Positions 1 through 9,002 of a DNA stretch of 32,000 bases are shown here, in pieces; position 1 is the stretch's first letter, and each line of letters opens with the position of its first letter. The position numbers and the translations under genes were made by a program. The notes beneath the pieces are model-generated. The model was not told where the DNA came from. It was given only the letters and a program-made list of their open reading frames with translations, and searched no databases. Origin of the DNA: an archaeon. Its GTDB lineage: Archaea; Iainarchaeota; Iainarchaeia; Iainarchaeales; CSSED10-239. The DNA lies in contig DAOMZT010000001.1 in NCBI GenBank assembly GCA_035400625.1, positions 120,001 through 152,000 on the forward strand, given 5' to 3'.

Positions 1-44
1 CCTAGAGAACTAGAAGCAACTAGATTAACAATTTTATATTCCAT
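1..44 (-). CDS. tbp: TATA-box binding protein, first 15 codons only (gene runs off the left edge)
   Basis: Reverse complement of 1-44 reads MEYKIVNLVASSSLG. I-V-N-[IL]-V-A-S is the hallmark start of the first TBP repeat. Only 15 residues are visible, so this is tentative. Confidence 0.4.
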   Translation of the reverse strand, partial: MEYKIVNLVASSSL

Positions 45-289
45 GTTATTTTCTCCTTTATATTATAGTAAAAAGCAAATATTTATATATATAATTTATA
101 TACCCAAGCATTTATAAACTGCTTTTTTGGTGTTTTTCATTAACCTTTTGTGCAGTTTTGGTTAATATTGCTAATTTTTGTGATTGGTTTTGTTAGGGTT
201 TTATTTCGTATGTAGTGCCTTATAAAAGCTTTTTGCCTCAATAATTATATATTAAATTTTAAAAAAATAAAAAAAGGAATGAGATAAAA

Positions 290-604
290 ATGGCAAACAA
301 AAAGGCAAAAGGAAAAAGATCTTTAACACGAAGAAGATTTAAAAGAAATGTAAGAGACAAGACAACAGTTAATCAATTGATTAAACCAATAAAAGTTGAT
401 GATGTTGTTCAAGTAAATGTAAATAGTTCAGTTCATTCTGGTATTCCACACAGAAGAGTAGACGGGATTACTGGAAAAGTTATTGGCTTTCAAGGGGATT
501 GCCCAATAGTTCAATTAAAAGAAGGAAACAAAACAAAAAAGATAATAACACACAGAGTGCATCTTAAAATAATCAAACAAATAGCAAAAGGTGAAAAAAA
601 ATGA
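290..604 (+). CDS. rpl21e: 50S ribosomal protein L21e
   Basis: 104 aa, basic N-terminus. SVHSGIPHRRVDGITGKV and a GNKTKKIITHRVHL tail match the L21e pattern (PSVHKGMPH..FHG.TG). AGGAATGAG Shine-Dalgarno-like (SD) sequence upstream. First gene of the conserved archaeal L21e-RpoF-DUF655-KsgA operon. Confidence 0.9.
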   Translation: MANKKAKGKRSLTRRRFKRNVRDKTTVNQLIKPIKVDDVVQVNVNSSVHSGIPHRRVDGITGKVIGFQGDCPIVQLKEGNKTKKIITHRVHLKIIKQIAKGEKK

Positions 605-933
605 TAAATAACCCAACCTATGTTGATGATTTAAGTCTTGCAGAAATTAAGAAAATCTTAACTGAAAAAGGAAAAGACAAAGAACTTAATTATGAGCAGA
701 AGATGGCACTAGAACATGCAAAGCAATTTGCAAAATTAACACCATTAAAAGCAGAAAAACTGAAAAAGGAATTGCAAGACATGGAATTGCCTAATGAGGT
801 GGCAACTAAAATTGTAGATATCTTGCCTAATGCAGTAGAGTTGGATTTGATTGCAGAAAAAAACAAGGCAATAACAGACGATAACAAAGAGAAAATATTA
901 ACTCTTGTAAACAAATACAAAAAGGAAGAATAA
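601..933 (+). CDS. rpoF: DNA-directed RNA polymerase subunit Rpo4 (RpoF)
   Basis: 110 aa helical acidic/basic protein. ATGA overlap with L21e stop. Conserved position between L21e and DUF655/KsgA. LSLAEIKKIL...NYEQKMALEHAKQFAKL resembles Rpo4/Rpb4. Confidence 0.75.
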   Translation: MINNPTYVDDLSLAEIKKILTEKGKDKELNYEQKMALEHAKQFAKLTPLKAEKLKKELQDMELPNEVATKIVDILPNAVELDLIAEKNKAITDDNKEKILTLVNKYKKEE

Positions 934-941
934 GTAAAATT

Positions 942-1472
942 ATGATAGAAATAAAAAAAGAAGCAATTGTTCTTGACAGAGCAACAAAAGAAGTGCAATT
1001 CAAGCACACGCCAGTAATTCAGTGTATTGGTGTCTCTAATTTTTCCTTACTTGAAATGTATAGTGATGACACGCCAAAATTACAAGAAGTTATAAGCACA
1101 GAAGACAAGCCAATAAAAAGAATACCTTATGATAGGCTTACAACAATAGCAAAAAAAGAACTAGAAAAGGCAGTAGAGACAATTGTTAATAATAACCAAG
1201 AAAGATTTGTTGCTTTCTTTAATAATGCTAGGCCAATAAATGCCAGAAGACATCAGCTTGATTTGCTTCCAATGATTGGGAAAAAACACAGAATGGCATT
1301 AATGAGCTATTTAGAGAAGAACGGACCAATAACTTCCCTTGATGATCTTAAAAAGATAGATTTGTTTCCAGATCCAATAAAAGTAATTGTAAATAGGGTA
1401 ATTACAGAAATAGAAAACAAAGAAGATGAGAAATTCTTTTTGTTTACTGTTCCTATTGTTAAAAAATTCTGA
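942..1472 (+). CDS. DUF655/COG1491 nucleic-acid-binding protein (OB fold plus helix-hairpin-helix)
   Basis: 176 aa. RRHQLDLLPMIGKKHRMALMSYLEKNGPITSLDDLKKI looks like an HhH module. Conserved operon position upstream of ksgA in archaea. Confidence 0.7.
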   Translation: MIEIKKEAIVLDRATKEVQFKHTPVIQCIGVSNFSLLEMYSDDTPKLQEVISTEDKPIKRIPYDRLTTIAKKELEKAVETIVNNNQERFVAFFNNARPINARRHQLDLLPMIGKKHRMALMSYLEKNGPITSLDDLKKIDLFPDPIKVIVNRVITEIENKEDEKFFLFTVPIVKKF

Positions 1473-1483
1473 ATTCTTAAAAT

Positions 1484-2290
1484 ATGATCAAAGAACTTTA
1501 TTCTCAAATGCTAAAATATAATTTTAAACCTAGTCATAACTTGGATCAAAATTATATTGTTGATGACAAAGTGATTGAAAAGGTTATAGATTTACTAGAT
1601 ATCAAGAAAACAGATGTAATCTTAGAAGTCGGACCAGGAACTGGCTTTCTTACAAAACAAATACTATTAAAGGCAAAGCAAGTAATTGCTATAGAAAAAG
1701 ACAAAAAGATGTTTGAGATTTTAATGCAAGAATTTAAATCAGAAATTGAAAACAAAAAACTGCTTTTAATAAATTCTGATATTCTAAAAATAAACTTTTC
1801 AGATTATAAGTTTAATAAGATTGCAACCTTCTTGCCATATTCAATATCTCTTCTTTTTACTGAAAAAATACTTGATTGTAATTGCTTGATTGTTGAGATT
1901 GTTCAAAGGGAATTTGCAGAAAAGCTAGTTTCAATCCCTGGTTTTATTAATTACAATGCAATTTCTGTTCTTGCTCAAAGCTATTATGATATAGAAATTA
2001 AGAAAAATGTTTCCAAAAAATGTTTCTTTCCGGTTCCTGCTGTTGACTCATCTATCTTAGTTTTAAAGCCAAATAAAAAAGATTTTGATAAAAGATATAA
2101 TGATTTTGTAAAAGGGGTTTTTAGATATCCTAACAAAGATGTAAGTAATGCGCTTAATCTTTTCTCTAGAGATATTAAAGATAGAAACATTTCTGAGAAA
2201 AGCAAAAACATAGATGACAAGATACGCGATAAAAAGATAAGGCAATTAGAAATAAAAGATATTGAAAAAATATATTCTGTAATTTACTGA
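1484..2290 (+). CDS. ksgA: 16S rRNA (adenine-N6,N6)-dimethyltransferase KsgA/Dim1
   Basis: LDQNYIVD start motif and SAM-binding motif VILEVGPGTGFLT. 268 aa, typical size. Confidence 0.9.
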   Translation: MIKELYSQMLKYNFKPSHNLDQNYIVDDKVIEKVIDLLDIKKTDVILEVGPGTGFLTKQILLKAKQVIAIEKDKKMFEILMQEFKSEIENKKLLLINSDILKINFSDYKFNKIATFLPYSISLLFTEKILDCNCLIVEIVQREFAEKLVSIPGFINYNAISVLAQSYYDIEIKKNVSKKCFFPVPAVDSSILVLKPNKKDFDKRYNDFVKGVFRYPNKDVSNALNLFSRDIKDRNISEKSKNIDDKIRDKKIRQLEIKDIEKIYSVIY

Positions 2291-2293
2291 ACA

Positions 2294-3271
2294 TTAAGTA
2301 ATTATTTTCTCTAATTCCTCTTTTGTTGGAAGATATAACTTATATTTTGAAACAAAAAGATTATTTGTTATTCCTCCAAAAGCATACTTTACAAGTAAAT
2401 CGTTTTTGTCTGCAGAAAGAACAATTCCTATCGGTTGATTGTCTTCAGGGCCATTTTCTTCTTCTTTAAAGTAATTAAGATACATGTTCATTTGTCCAAT
2501 ATCTGAGTGATTTACTTTGCCTGTTTTTAAATCTATTAATATAAAACATTTTAATATCCTATGATAAAATACTAGATCAATATAATAATCAACATTATCT
2601 AAAGTAATCCTATATTGTCTTTTAACAAAAGTAAATCCTTTGCCTAATTCTAAAAGAAATTGTTGTAATTTATTTATTATTTTTGTTTCTAGTTCTTTTT
2701 CTGATAATTTGTAATTTTCAGAAATATTTAAAAATTCCAAAATATATGGATCTTTTATTATGTCTTTTGGTTTTTCTATTAGTTGCCCACAATTTGACAA
2801 TTGCTTTTTTGTTTTATTTTTTGTAGAAATTAATCTATAAAACAATCCAGAATCAATTTGGCGAGACAATTCTCTTATAGACCAATTTTCTGAAATACAT
2901 TGTTTTTCGTAAAATGATCTTTCCTCTATGGAATCCACACCTATTAACTGTATGTAATGTGACCAACTTAATTTGGCAGACACTGTCTGCCAATTTTCAT
3001 ATGTTAAATAAAATCTTCGCATATCCGAAACATTTCTGCGAGAAAATCCTTTGCCATATTTAGATTTAAGATCTTTTGATAAACTATCTAAAAGATTAGA
3101 ACCGTATTCTGCTTTTTCTTTGCCTTCTTGCTCATACTCTACTATTTTTCTTCCTATTTGCCAGTAGGTTTTAAGTAATATACTATTTACAGAAACAACT
3201 GCTTGTCTTCTTCCTTGTTCTAAAATATTTCCAATATTAGTTATTAGACCAGAATATAATCTTGAAGTCAT
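2294..3271 (-). CDS. DUF1016/YhcG-family PD-(D/E)xK nuclease domain protein
   Basis: 325 aa. LSWSHYIQL motif, and C-terminal GKGFTFVKRQYRITLDNVDYYIDLVFYHRILKCFILIDLKTGK (D...D-x-K restriction-endonuclease-like core) typical of DUF1016. Convergent with ksgA with only 3 nt between the stop codons. Confidence 0.8.
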   Translation of the reverse strand: MTSRLYSGLITNIGNILEQGRRQAVVSVNSILLKTYWQIGRKIVEYEQEGKEKAEYGSNLLDSLSKDLKSKYGKGFSRRNVSDMRRFYLTYENWQTVSAKLSWSHYIQLIGVDSIEERSFYEKQCISENWSIRELSRQIDSGLFYRLISTKNKTKKQLSNCGQLIEKPKDIIKDPYILEFLNISENYKLSEKELETKIINKLQQFLLELGKGFTFVKRQYRITLDNVDYYIDLVFYHRILKCFILIDLKTGKVNHSDIGQMNMYLNYFKEEENGPEDNQPIGIVLSADKNDLLVKYAFGGITNNLFVSKYKLYLPTKEELEKIIT

Positions 3272-3356
3272 AAATATATTATGACTTTAGAAAGAGAGGT
3301 TGTTTTCGGGAGGGTAGCTGTCCAGTGCAAGATTTAAAAAAAGATAAGTTAACCAA

Positions 3357-4868
3357 TCATTGATTAACTTCTTCTTTCATTATTTTTATAGTGTCTGTCA
3401 TTGTGTCATTTGCAAGCTCTGTTGCTATCTTTAGTTTTTCTTTGCTATTTGCGTGTATTGTAAAAATTAACTCTTTTGGTTTTACAATGTCTCCTACCTT
3501 TTTATTAAGAACAAGCCCTGCAACTTTATCATGTGGAGCACCTGCAGTTCTTGCAATCTTTGTGAGGTTTGAAACATTCATTCCAACAATCTTTCCGACA
3601 TCTTTTGCTAAAATTTCTTGCTTATAATTTGCTACAGGTATTTCTTCAGAAGAAAATATCCTGCCATTTTGTGCTTTTAATATTTCCTTAAACTTATTTA
3701 AAGCAGCTCCAGACTTTAAAGTCTCTTTTGCAAGATCATAGCCTTTCCCTGGCTCAACTCTCTCTACAAGTTCAAGAAGACGACCAGCAATCACACAAGA
3801 CTTTTCTGCAAAGTTATCAAAGTATTTATTTTCTAGAACTTCTAATGCGCCTTTTGCTTCTAGTGCTGCACCAAAATACTTACCACAAGGAACTGCCCCG
3901 TCTGATTGAACAACTTGTGCTTTAATTCCAATATCTTTGCAAATTATTAAAAACTTACTAGCCCATCTATCAACTTCTTCTTTGCTTCTAACTTTAACTG
4001 TTGGGCCAACAGGTATATCAATTATCAAGTGTGTTGCAGAAACGCTTTTCTTTTTTGCAAGAACAGAAGCAATGACTAGGCCTTCTGGGTCTAGCCCTAG
4101 GCTGTGCCTTATTTTAATCATTTTATCATCAGCTGGGCAAAGGTCTACCTTTCCATTCCAGGCAACTATTCCTCCAACTTTTGATACCATCTTTTCAATA
4201 TCTTTAACACTAAAAGAAACATCTCCTAAAACTTCCATACAATCAGCAGTTCCTGCAGCTGAACTTATGGCCCTAGATGCAGTCTTAGGCATAACATAGC
4301 CAAGAGCAGTAATGATTGGCGTAACAACAATAGAAACTCTGCCATTTATTCCGCCAATAGAATGTTTATCAAGAACTTGAGGCACATCAAACTTTATAAC
4401 ATTGCCAACTTCTATCATTGACTTACAAATATTTGTGGTTTCGTCAAGATTTAAGCCATTAATTGAAACAGCAGTTAAAAATGCAGAAATTTCAATTTCT
4501 GATAATCTGTCATTAACAACATCACTAATTATTTCATTTATTTCTGTTTCATTTAAAGCATTATTTCTTATTTTTTTAACAATATGATGAACAGAAGATG
4601 GGGATGGCACAACCTTTACTTCAACTTTATCTCCATCTTTAAGTTTTGTAACGCCTGTTACATCTTTGTAAATGCCAATTGTGTTTTCATCAATCAATGA
4701 GTCAGTGATATCTAGAATAAATATTTTTGATACTCCGTTGTTTTTAACATCTATACGGTTCAGTGCCACTGCAAGAAGATCACTTGCAGTCTTGCTGTTA
4801 AGCAAAGCAATCGGCTTATCAGCATCAATATCTATAATTTTAACAGTTAGTTTTTTAGTATATTCCAT
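3357..4868 (-). CDS. deoA: AMP phosphorylase (archaeal thymidine-phosphorylase-family enzyme)
   Basis: 503 aa, the typical size. N-terminal extra domain (KLTVKIIDIDADKPIALLN) followed by a glycosyltransferase-family-3 core with LDKHSIGG. Confidence 0.8.
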   Translation of the reverse strand: MEYTKKLTVKIIDIDADKPIALLNSKTASDLLAVALNRIDVKNNGVSKIFILDITDSLIDENTIGIYKDVTGVTKLKDGDKVEVKVVPSPSSVHHIVKKIRNNALNETEINEIISDVVNDRLSEIEISAFLTAVSINGLNLDETTNICKSMIEVGNVIKFDVPQVLDKHSIGGINGRVSIVVTPIITALGYVMPKTASRAISSAAGTADCMEVLGDVSFSVKDIEKMVSKVGGIVAWNGKVDLCPADDKMIKIRHSLGLDPEGLVIASVLAKKKSVSATHLIIDIPVGPTVKVRSKEEVDRWASKFLIICKDIGIKAQVVQSDGAVPCGKYFGAALEAKGALEVLENKYFDNFAEKSCVIAGRLLELVERVEPGKGYDLAKETLKSGAALNKFKEILKAQNGRIFSSEEIPVANYKQEILAKDVGKIVGMNVSNLTKIARTAGAPHDKVAGLVLNKKVGDIVKPKELIFTIHANSKEKLKIATELANDTMTDTIKIMKEEVNQ

Positions 4869-4877
4869 AAAAATCCC

Positions 4878-5198
4878 CTATTTATAAGAATCAACAAATG
4901 ATTTTAACATAGTTTTTGGAAGAGCACCTGTCTTTTGTGCAACCAGCTTTCCGTTTTTAAAAACCAGAATAGAAGGAATTGACATGACTCCATATTTCTC
5001 AGAAGTTACTGGTGCTTGGTCAATGTTTATCTTTGCACAAACAATATCTTTGTTTTCTTTAGAATATTCTTCATAGATCCCTGAAAACATTCTGCAAGGC
5101 CCACACCATTCTGCCCAAAAATCAACAACAATAAATTTGTTCTTTTTAATTTCGTCATCAAAATTCTTGTCTGTTAGATGTAAAATATTTTCGCTCAT
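4878..5198 (-). CDS. trxA: thioredoxin
   Basis: 106 aa, WAEWCGPCR active site. AGGAGG SD 8 nt upstream of the ATG. Confidence 0.92.
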   Translation of the reverse strand: MSENILHLTDKNFDDEIKKNKFIVVDFWAEWCGPCRMFSGIYEEYSKENKDIVCAKINIDQAPVTSEKYGVMSIPSILVFKNGKLVAQKTGALPKTMLKSFVDSYK

Positions 5199-5210
5199 TT
5201 TATTTTCCTC

Positions 5211-6020
5211 CTATAATATGCCTATCAAGATATAGGCAATACCTAAAACAAAACAGAAATATGAAAACTCAAGTTTTCTTGCAATCTTCATTAACATACC
5301 AATTGTTAGGTATCCAAATATAAAAGCCATAGCTACAGAAACTAAAATCAATGGACTAAATACAAAGCCATTAATCACTAATAATCCAATTTCTGCAATT
5401 AAAATTGTTGGAATAGAAAGTAAAAAGCTATACTTGAATGCAGTTTCTGGATTATTCCCCCTAAACAATAACACGCTTGTTGTCATTCCTGATCTGCTAA
5501 CCCCAGGGATAACAGAAAGGCCCTGTGCACTACCAACCCAGAATGCATCTTTTGCTGTAAATTTTGGAATTGCTTTTTTTGCTTTGTTAATTTTAACTTG
5601 TAATAGCCCAGTAATTATCAAAAGCACACCTATTGCAATAGTTAATATTCCAACCATCTCTGCTGTTACATTTTGTTTAACTAAGAAATATATTGGAACA
5701 CCGATAAGCAAAGTAAAGAAAACAGAAACTAAAATAAATCTAGAAACTTGAGTTGTGTTATCAAATTTTAAATTTTTATTAAATTTTAAAAGATCAGAAT
5801 AATTTGTTTTTGTAAATAATTCTTTTATGTCTTTCCAAAAATAGACTAAAGCTGCAATAACTGTTCCAAGATGTAAGAATATAGACATGTCAATAGCTAA
5901 TTGTGGCGCAACATTAAACATATTCATTAAAACCACAACAGAAATTCCTTGAGAACTAACAGGAAGCCATTCAAATATTCCTTGAATTACCCCTAAAAGA
6001 ATATATGCGATTAAATCCAT
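5211..6020 (-). CDS. uppP: undecaprenyl-diphosphate phosphatase (BacA/UppP family)
   Basis: 269 aa polytopic membrane protein. N-terminal GIFEWLPVSSQG and GVSRSGMTTS motifs are characteristic of UppP. Confidence 0.85.
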   Translation of the reverse strand: MDLIAYILLGVIQGIFEWLPVSSQGISVVVLMNMFNVAPQLAIDMSIFLHLGTVIAALVYFWKDIKELFTKTNYSDLLKFNKNLKFDNTTQVSRFILVSVFFTLLIGVPIYFLVKQNVTAEMVGILTIAIGVLLIITGLLQVKINKAKKAIPKFTAKDAFWVGSAQGLSVIPGVSRSGMTTSVLLFRGNNPETAFKYSFLLSIPTILIAEIGLLVINGFVFSPLILVSVAMAFIFGYLTIGMLMKIARKLEFSYFCFVLGIAYILIGIL

Positions 6021-6121
6021 AACTTTTCACAATTCCCCTTTACTAAAAATTATAATCCAAAACAAATATAAAGCTTTAAACATATATAATATTTATAAAA
6101 GGTTTAAAAAAAGATGCTATA

Positions 6122-6565
6122 ATGAATAAAATCAATCATATATTGTTTGCAAGCATATTGTTCATAATATTTTATATGTTCTTTGCAGACATACTTAAAA
6201 TAACTGGACCAAACACCTTTGTGGCGTACGTTATTTGTGCATTATATTCTTTGATACCTGATTTAGATCTTAAAAGCTCATGGATAAAAGGGCAATTTAA
6301 TAATTTTGTGCTTTATGCTATTGTTATACTTGGAATAATCTATCTTTTCGTATCTCAAGAAATAACACTTGTGATAATAATGGGTGTACTTGTTTTATTT
6401 GCATTGCTTTTGTTTTTGATGAAACACAGAGATGTTTTACACACTCCTCTTATTGGAGTGATATTTGCAATCCCTTTGTTATTTATTAATTATCCGGGTA
6501 TTGCCTATTTCATATCTGGATGCATCGGATTTCTATCTCATTGGCTATTAGATAAAATAACTTAA
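6122..6565 (+). CDS. membrane-bound metal-dependent hydrolase-like protein (YdjM/DUF457 family)
   Basis: 147 aa, 4-5 TM segments. IPDLDLK, HRDVLHTP and SHWLLD motifs resemble DUF457. Confidence 0.55.
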   Translation: MNKINHILFASILFIIFYMFFADILKITGPNTFVAYVICALYSLIPDLDLKSSWIKGQFNNFVLYAIVILGIIYLFVSQEITLVIIMGVLVLFALLLFLMKHRDVLHTPLIGVIFAIPLLFINYPGIAYFISGCIGFLSHWLLDKIT

Positions 6566-7503
6566 GAGCCATTTTTAGAAAAAATAATTAGTAATATTAA
6601 AATTACAAGAACCCCAAACAAAACATAAGTAAAACTACTAGATTTTGCTTTTGAAAAACTTAAAAAGCCAGTTGCTGATTTTGGTTTTTCTGTTATTGAT
6701 ATGCTTTGATTTTGGTTTTTTATTTCTTTTAAAACATCGCCAGTATATCTTAACTTAATCTCTGGTAGCTCTTGAGAAACATAGGAATTATTTAGTTTAC
6801 AAGAAACAAAGTAGTCACCTGACTTTAAATCCTTGGCTTTAGGGTCAATTGATAGCTTTATATCTGTTTTTCCTGGGCCTTGATATTTTTGTTCAACAAC
6901 TATTGCTTCATTGCTTGTTAAACAAGATAATGCAAGAGTGGAGTTATCTTCCATTTTTGTATATACAGAAATAACATCATAATCTTTTAAACCATTAATT
7001 ACTGCAACGCTTCTTGACATTGAATAGCCAGTATATCTTGGCTCTGAGTGTGTCTTTGTATATTCATAATAATTATTTGAATTGTTTGGTATGATTTTTA
7101 GATATAGGACTTTTGTGAATAAGAGATTATTATAATTATCAAAGACCTCTGCTTTTATTTGAAGATTTGCTGTTTGTGTTAATTGTTTAGTATTAAGATA
7201 AATTGTTTCTGTATTTGAAAAATTGTTTGTAAAAAATATTTCTGTGTTTGAGAGTTGAATATCTAGGCCTTTTATGTCTTTTAAAAATTTATAGCTATAA
7301 ACAATCTTTCCATCTTTTATTTCTTCAGATTTAAAATCATAGCTTACACCAAAGTTTATTTCTCTTGTTGAATAATTAGAGACATAGTAACCGTTTGTGC
7401 CAATGTCTGCAGGAGTTAACATCTTTAAGTCATTAGCAAAAACTGATGGAGCCATGCTTAAGAAAAATCCAATAAATAACAATAACAAGGTGTTCTTTTT
7501 CAT
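6562..7503 (-). CDS. secreted, C-terminally membrane-anchored protein of unknown function
   Basis: 313 aa. N-terminal signal peptide (MKKNTLLLLFIGFFLSMAPSVFA/ND), beta-rich N/Y/S/T-rich body, C-terminal TM (FTYVLFGVLVILILLIIF). Starts 40 nt downstream of the serpin on the same strand. Confidence 0.6.
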   Translation of the reverse strand: MKKNTLLLLFIGFFLSMAPSVFANDLKMLTPADIGTNGYYVSNYSTREINFGVSYDFKSEEIKDGKIVYSYKFLKDIKGLDIQLSNTEIFFTNNFSNTETIYLNTKQLTQTANLQIKAEVFDNYNNLLFTKVLYLKIIPNNSNNYYEYTKTHSEPRYTGYSMSRSVAVINGLKDYDVISVYTKMEDNSTLALSCLTSNEAIVVEQKYQGPGKTDIKLSIDPKAKDLKSGDYFVSCKLNNSYVSQELPEIKLRYTGDVLKEIKNQNQSISITEKPKSATGFLSFSKAKSSSFTYVLFGVLVILILLIIFSKNGS

Positions 7504-7543
7504 TATATAATTATAGAAAGTTAGTGCTTTTAAAGGTATGGAT

Positions 7544-8806
7544 TTATGCAGAAGGATTAGTTATCCTTCCCATAAACAAAATAGCGCCTGTGCTGTTTTC
7601 TCTTATAAAGAAAATGAACGGATGATCTGCATTAAAGACAAACCCCGCGGATGCCATTCTATCCATCATAACAACAGTTGCAGCTGTAGCTTCTGTGCCT
7701 TGCTCATCAACTTTTATAAAGGCTTTATGTAATATATTTGAAATATATAGATCTTTGGTACCTGTCATCTTTGAGAAATCAGCATTTTCTGTAGAAAAGG
7801 CATTGACCATTCCCAACTCTTTAAGCGGTTCAACAACTCTTGTTGATTTTTCAAACTCTAATTTTGGCAAATATATTTGATCTACTTTAGTTAATCTTAA
7901 GTTTTTTGTCCACTCGTTTAGTTTTTCAAAATCCATATCCTTTTCTAGATTGCTTAAGCCATATTCTTCTTTTGGCAAAAGAACAACCATAGAAAGCTCT
8001 TTGTCTTTATATGGTAATTCCAAAACCTGAAGATTATCATTTTCATAATAATTAAAATTTTCTTTTTTTGGGGCCATAAACATCATTGGAACTTTAATTG
8101 TTCCAGTAGGTGCTTTAAAATCCCTATTTTGTGTATCTTTTTTGTCAAATTCAACTTCCCATTTGCCTTTAAAATAAATTGCATTTGATATTACTAGTCT
8201 TGTTAAAGGGTTTAATTCACCAGAAGGGATAATATTTTTTATTCTGTTATTTGTTTGTTCTTCAATAAATTTGTTGATTGTGTTTCTGGACAATTCTGTT
8301 TCATTTATAAAATCAAGATTAACTGCTTTGCCTCCATAATATTTCTCAACATTTGAAAAATAAGAATCTAGAAATTTATAGTCTTTTTGTGCCCAAAGAG
8401 CATTTCCTGTTCTTAGCTCATATCGCTTATCTTTTTTGTTTATTCTGTTATATAGTTCAGCAAAATTAGGTCTTAAGACTTCATTTTCTGGAAAATAAAA
8501 CACATCTTTCATTTGCTGAGCAGTGGTTCCGTCTGCTCCTTCATAGGTCATGGCCAATGCTGAGAAAATGCTATATGAAGAAAAGAAAATATTGTTGTTT
8601 TCTGTTGTTGCTACTTTTTTGTAAAGGTCAATATTAAATTTGTTATTTGAAATAACAACTTGAGAAAGCCCATCTGGTGTTGAACCTTCTGAATTAACCG
8701 AAGGCGGGCTCGTTGGATTATAGGGCTTTAGAAAAACAACCGCCCCTGCTGTTGCTGCGCCAACAAACAACAATACAAACAATATAATTAATATTTTTTT
8801 ATTCAT
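7544..8806 (-). CDS. serpin (serine protease inhibitor) with N-terminal signal or anchor
   Basis: 420 aa. NIFFSSYSIFSALAMTYEGADGTTAQQM, NAIYFKGKWEVEF, hinge DEQGTEATAATVV, and FNADHPFIFFIRE...ILFMGRITNP are all canonical serpin blocks. AAGGAG SD upstream. Confidence 0.9.
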   Translation of the reverse strand: MNKKILIILFVLLFVGAATAGAVVFLKPYNPTSPPSVNSEGSTPDGLSQVVISNNKFNIDLYKKVATTENNNIFFSSYSIFSALAMTYEGADGTTAQQMKDVFYFPENEVLRPNFAELYNRINKKDKRYELRTGNALWAQKDYKFLDSYFSNVEKYYGGKAVNLDFINETELSRNTINKFIEEQTNNRIKNIIPSGELNPLTRLVISNAIYFKGKWEVEFDKKDTQNRDFKAPTGTIKVPMMFMAPKKENFNYYENDNLQVLELPYKDKELSMVVLLPKEEYGLSNLEKDMDFEKLNEWTKNLRLTKVDQIYLPKLEFEKSTRVVEPLKELGMVNAFSTENADFSKMTGTKDLYISNILHKAFIKVDEQGTEATAATVVMMDRMASAGFVFNADHPFIFFIRENSTGAILFMGRITNPSA

Positions 8807-8912
8807 CTTTATTTTCTCCTTTATTTTCTATAAATAAATTATGACAATTAGTTTATATAAATTATGATTTTTACTTAGGTTTAAACCTTATAATAGAAAT
8901 GAACGAGTCTTA

Positions 8913-9002
8913 CGCAAGGGATGGGATTTGAACCCATGTGCGTTTTTAAGACGCATCTAGTTTTCGAGACTAGCACCTTCAACCAGACTCAGTCACCCTT
9001 GC
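8913..9002 (-). tRNA. tRNA-Ser (anticodon CGA), class II with long variable arm
   Basis: Minus strand: acceptor GCAAGGG/CCCTTGC plus discriminator G. Anticodon stem CTAGT/ACTAG with loop CTCGAAA. Variable arm TGCGT-CTTAAAA-ACGCA. T arm ATGGG-TTCAAAT-CCCAT. 90 nt, no encoded CCA. Confidence 0.9.

Noticed and set aside
46-289. 244-nt spacer between the divergent tbp and rpl21e genes was examined for an ncRNA or small gene.
   Set aside because: Only AT-rich TATA-like strings and T/G-rich runs were seen. There is no ORF with an SD, no stable stem-loops and no C/D or H/ACA boxes recognisable by eye. It is treated as a divergent promoter region.
690-1007. Many antisense or out-of-frame ORFs of 60-127 aa in the track. 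Examples: 690-1007, 827-1009, 1307-1507, 1552-1755, 1984-2245, 3391-4887 (set), 5434-5751, 7538-7880, 9530-11032 (set), 12136-12429, 13886-14566, 20051-20242, 22166-22423, 22993-23181, 24245-24592, 24867-25064, 26381-26674, 27743-27961, 28486-28683, 29610-30685 (set), 31140-31358.
   Set aside because: Each lies fully inside a longer ORF on the other strand or frame that carries clear family motifs. Their translations are S/L/F/I/C-rich with few charged residues, as expected from reading AT-rich coding DNA antisense. None has an SD or a recognisable motif.
3280-3336. G+C-richer patch with two SD-like strings (GAGAGGT, GGAGGGT) and an 18-codon plus-strand ORF (MTLEREVVFGRVAVQCKI) in the spacer upstream of the DUF1016 gene.
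   Set aside because: The ORF is too short and has no motif. No plus-strand gene follows the SD-like strings. No convincing RNA secondary structure could be drawn by eye. It is mentioned only as possible insertion scar sequence.
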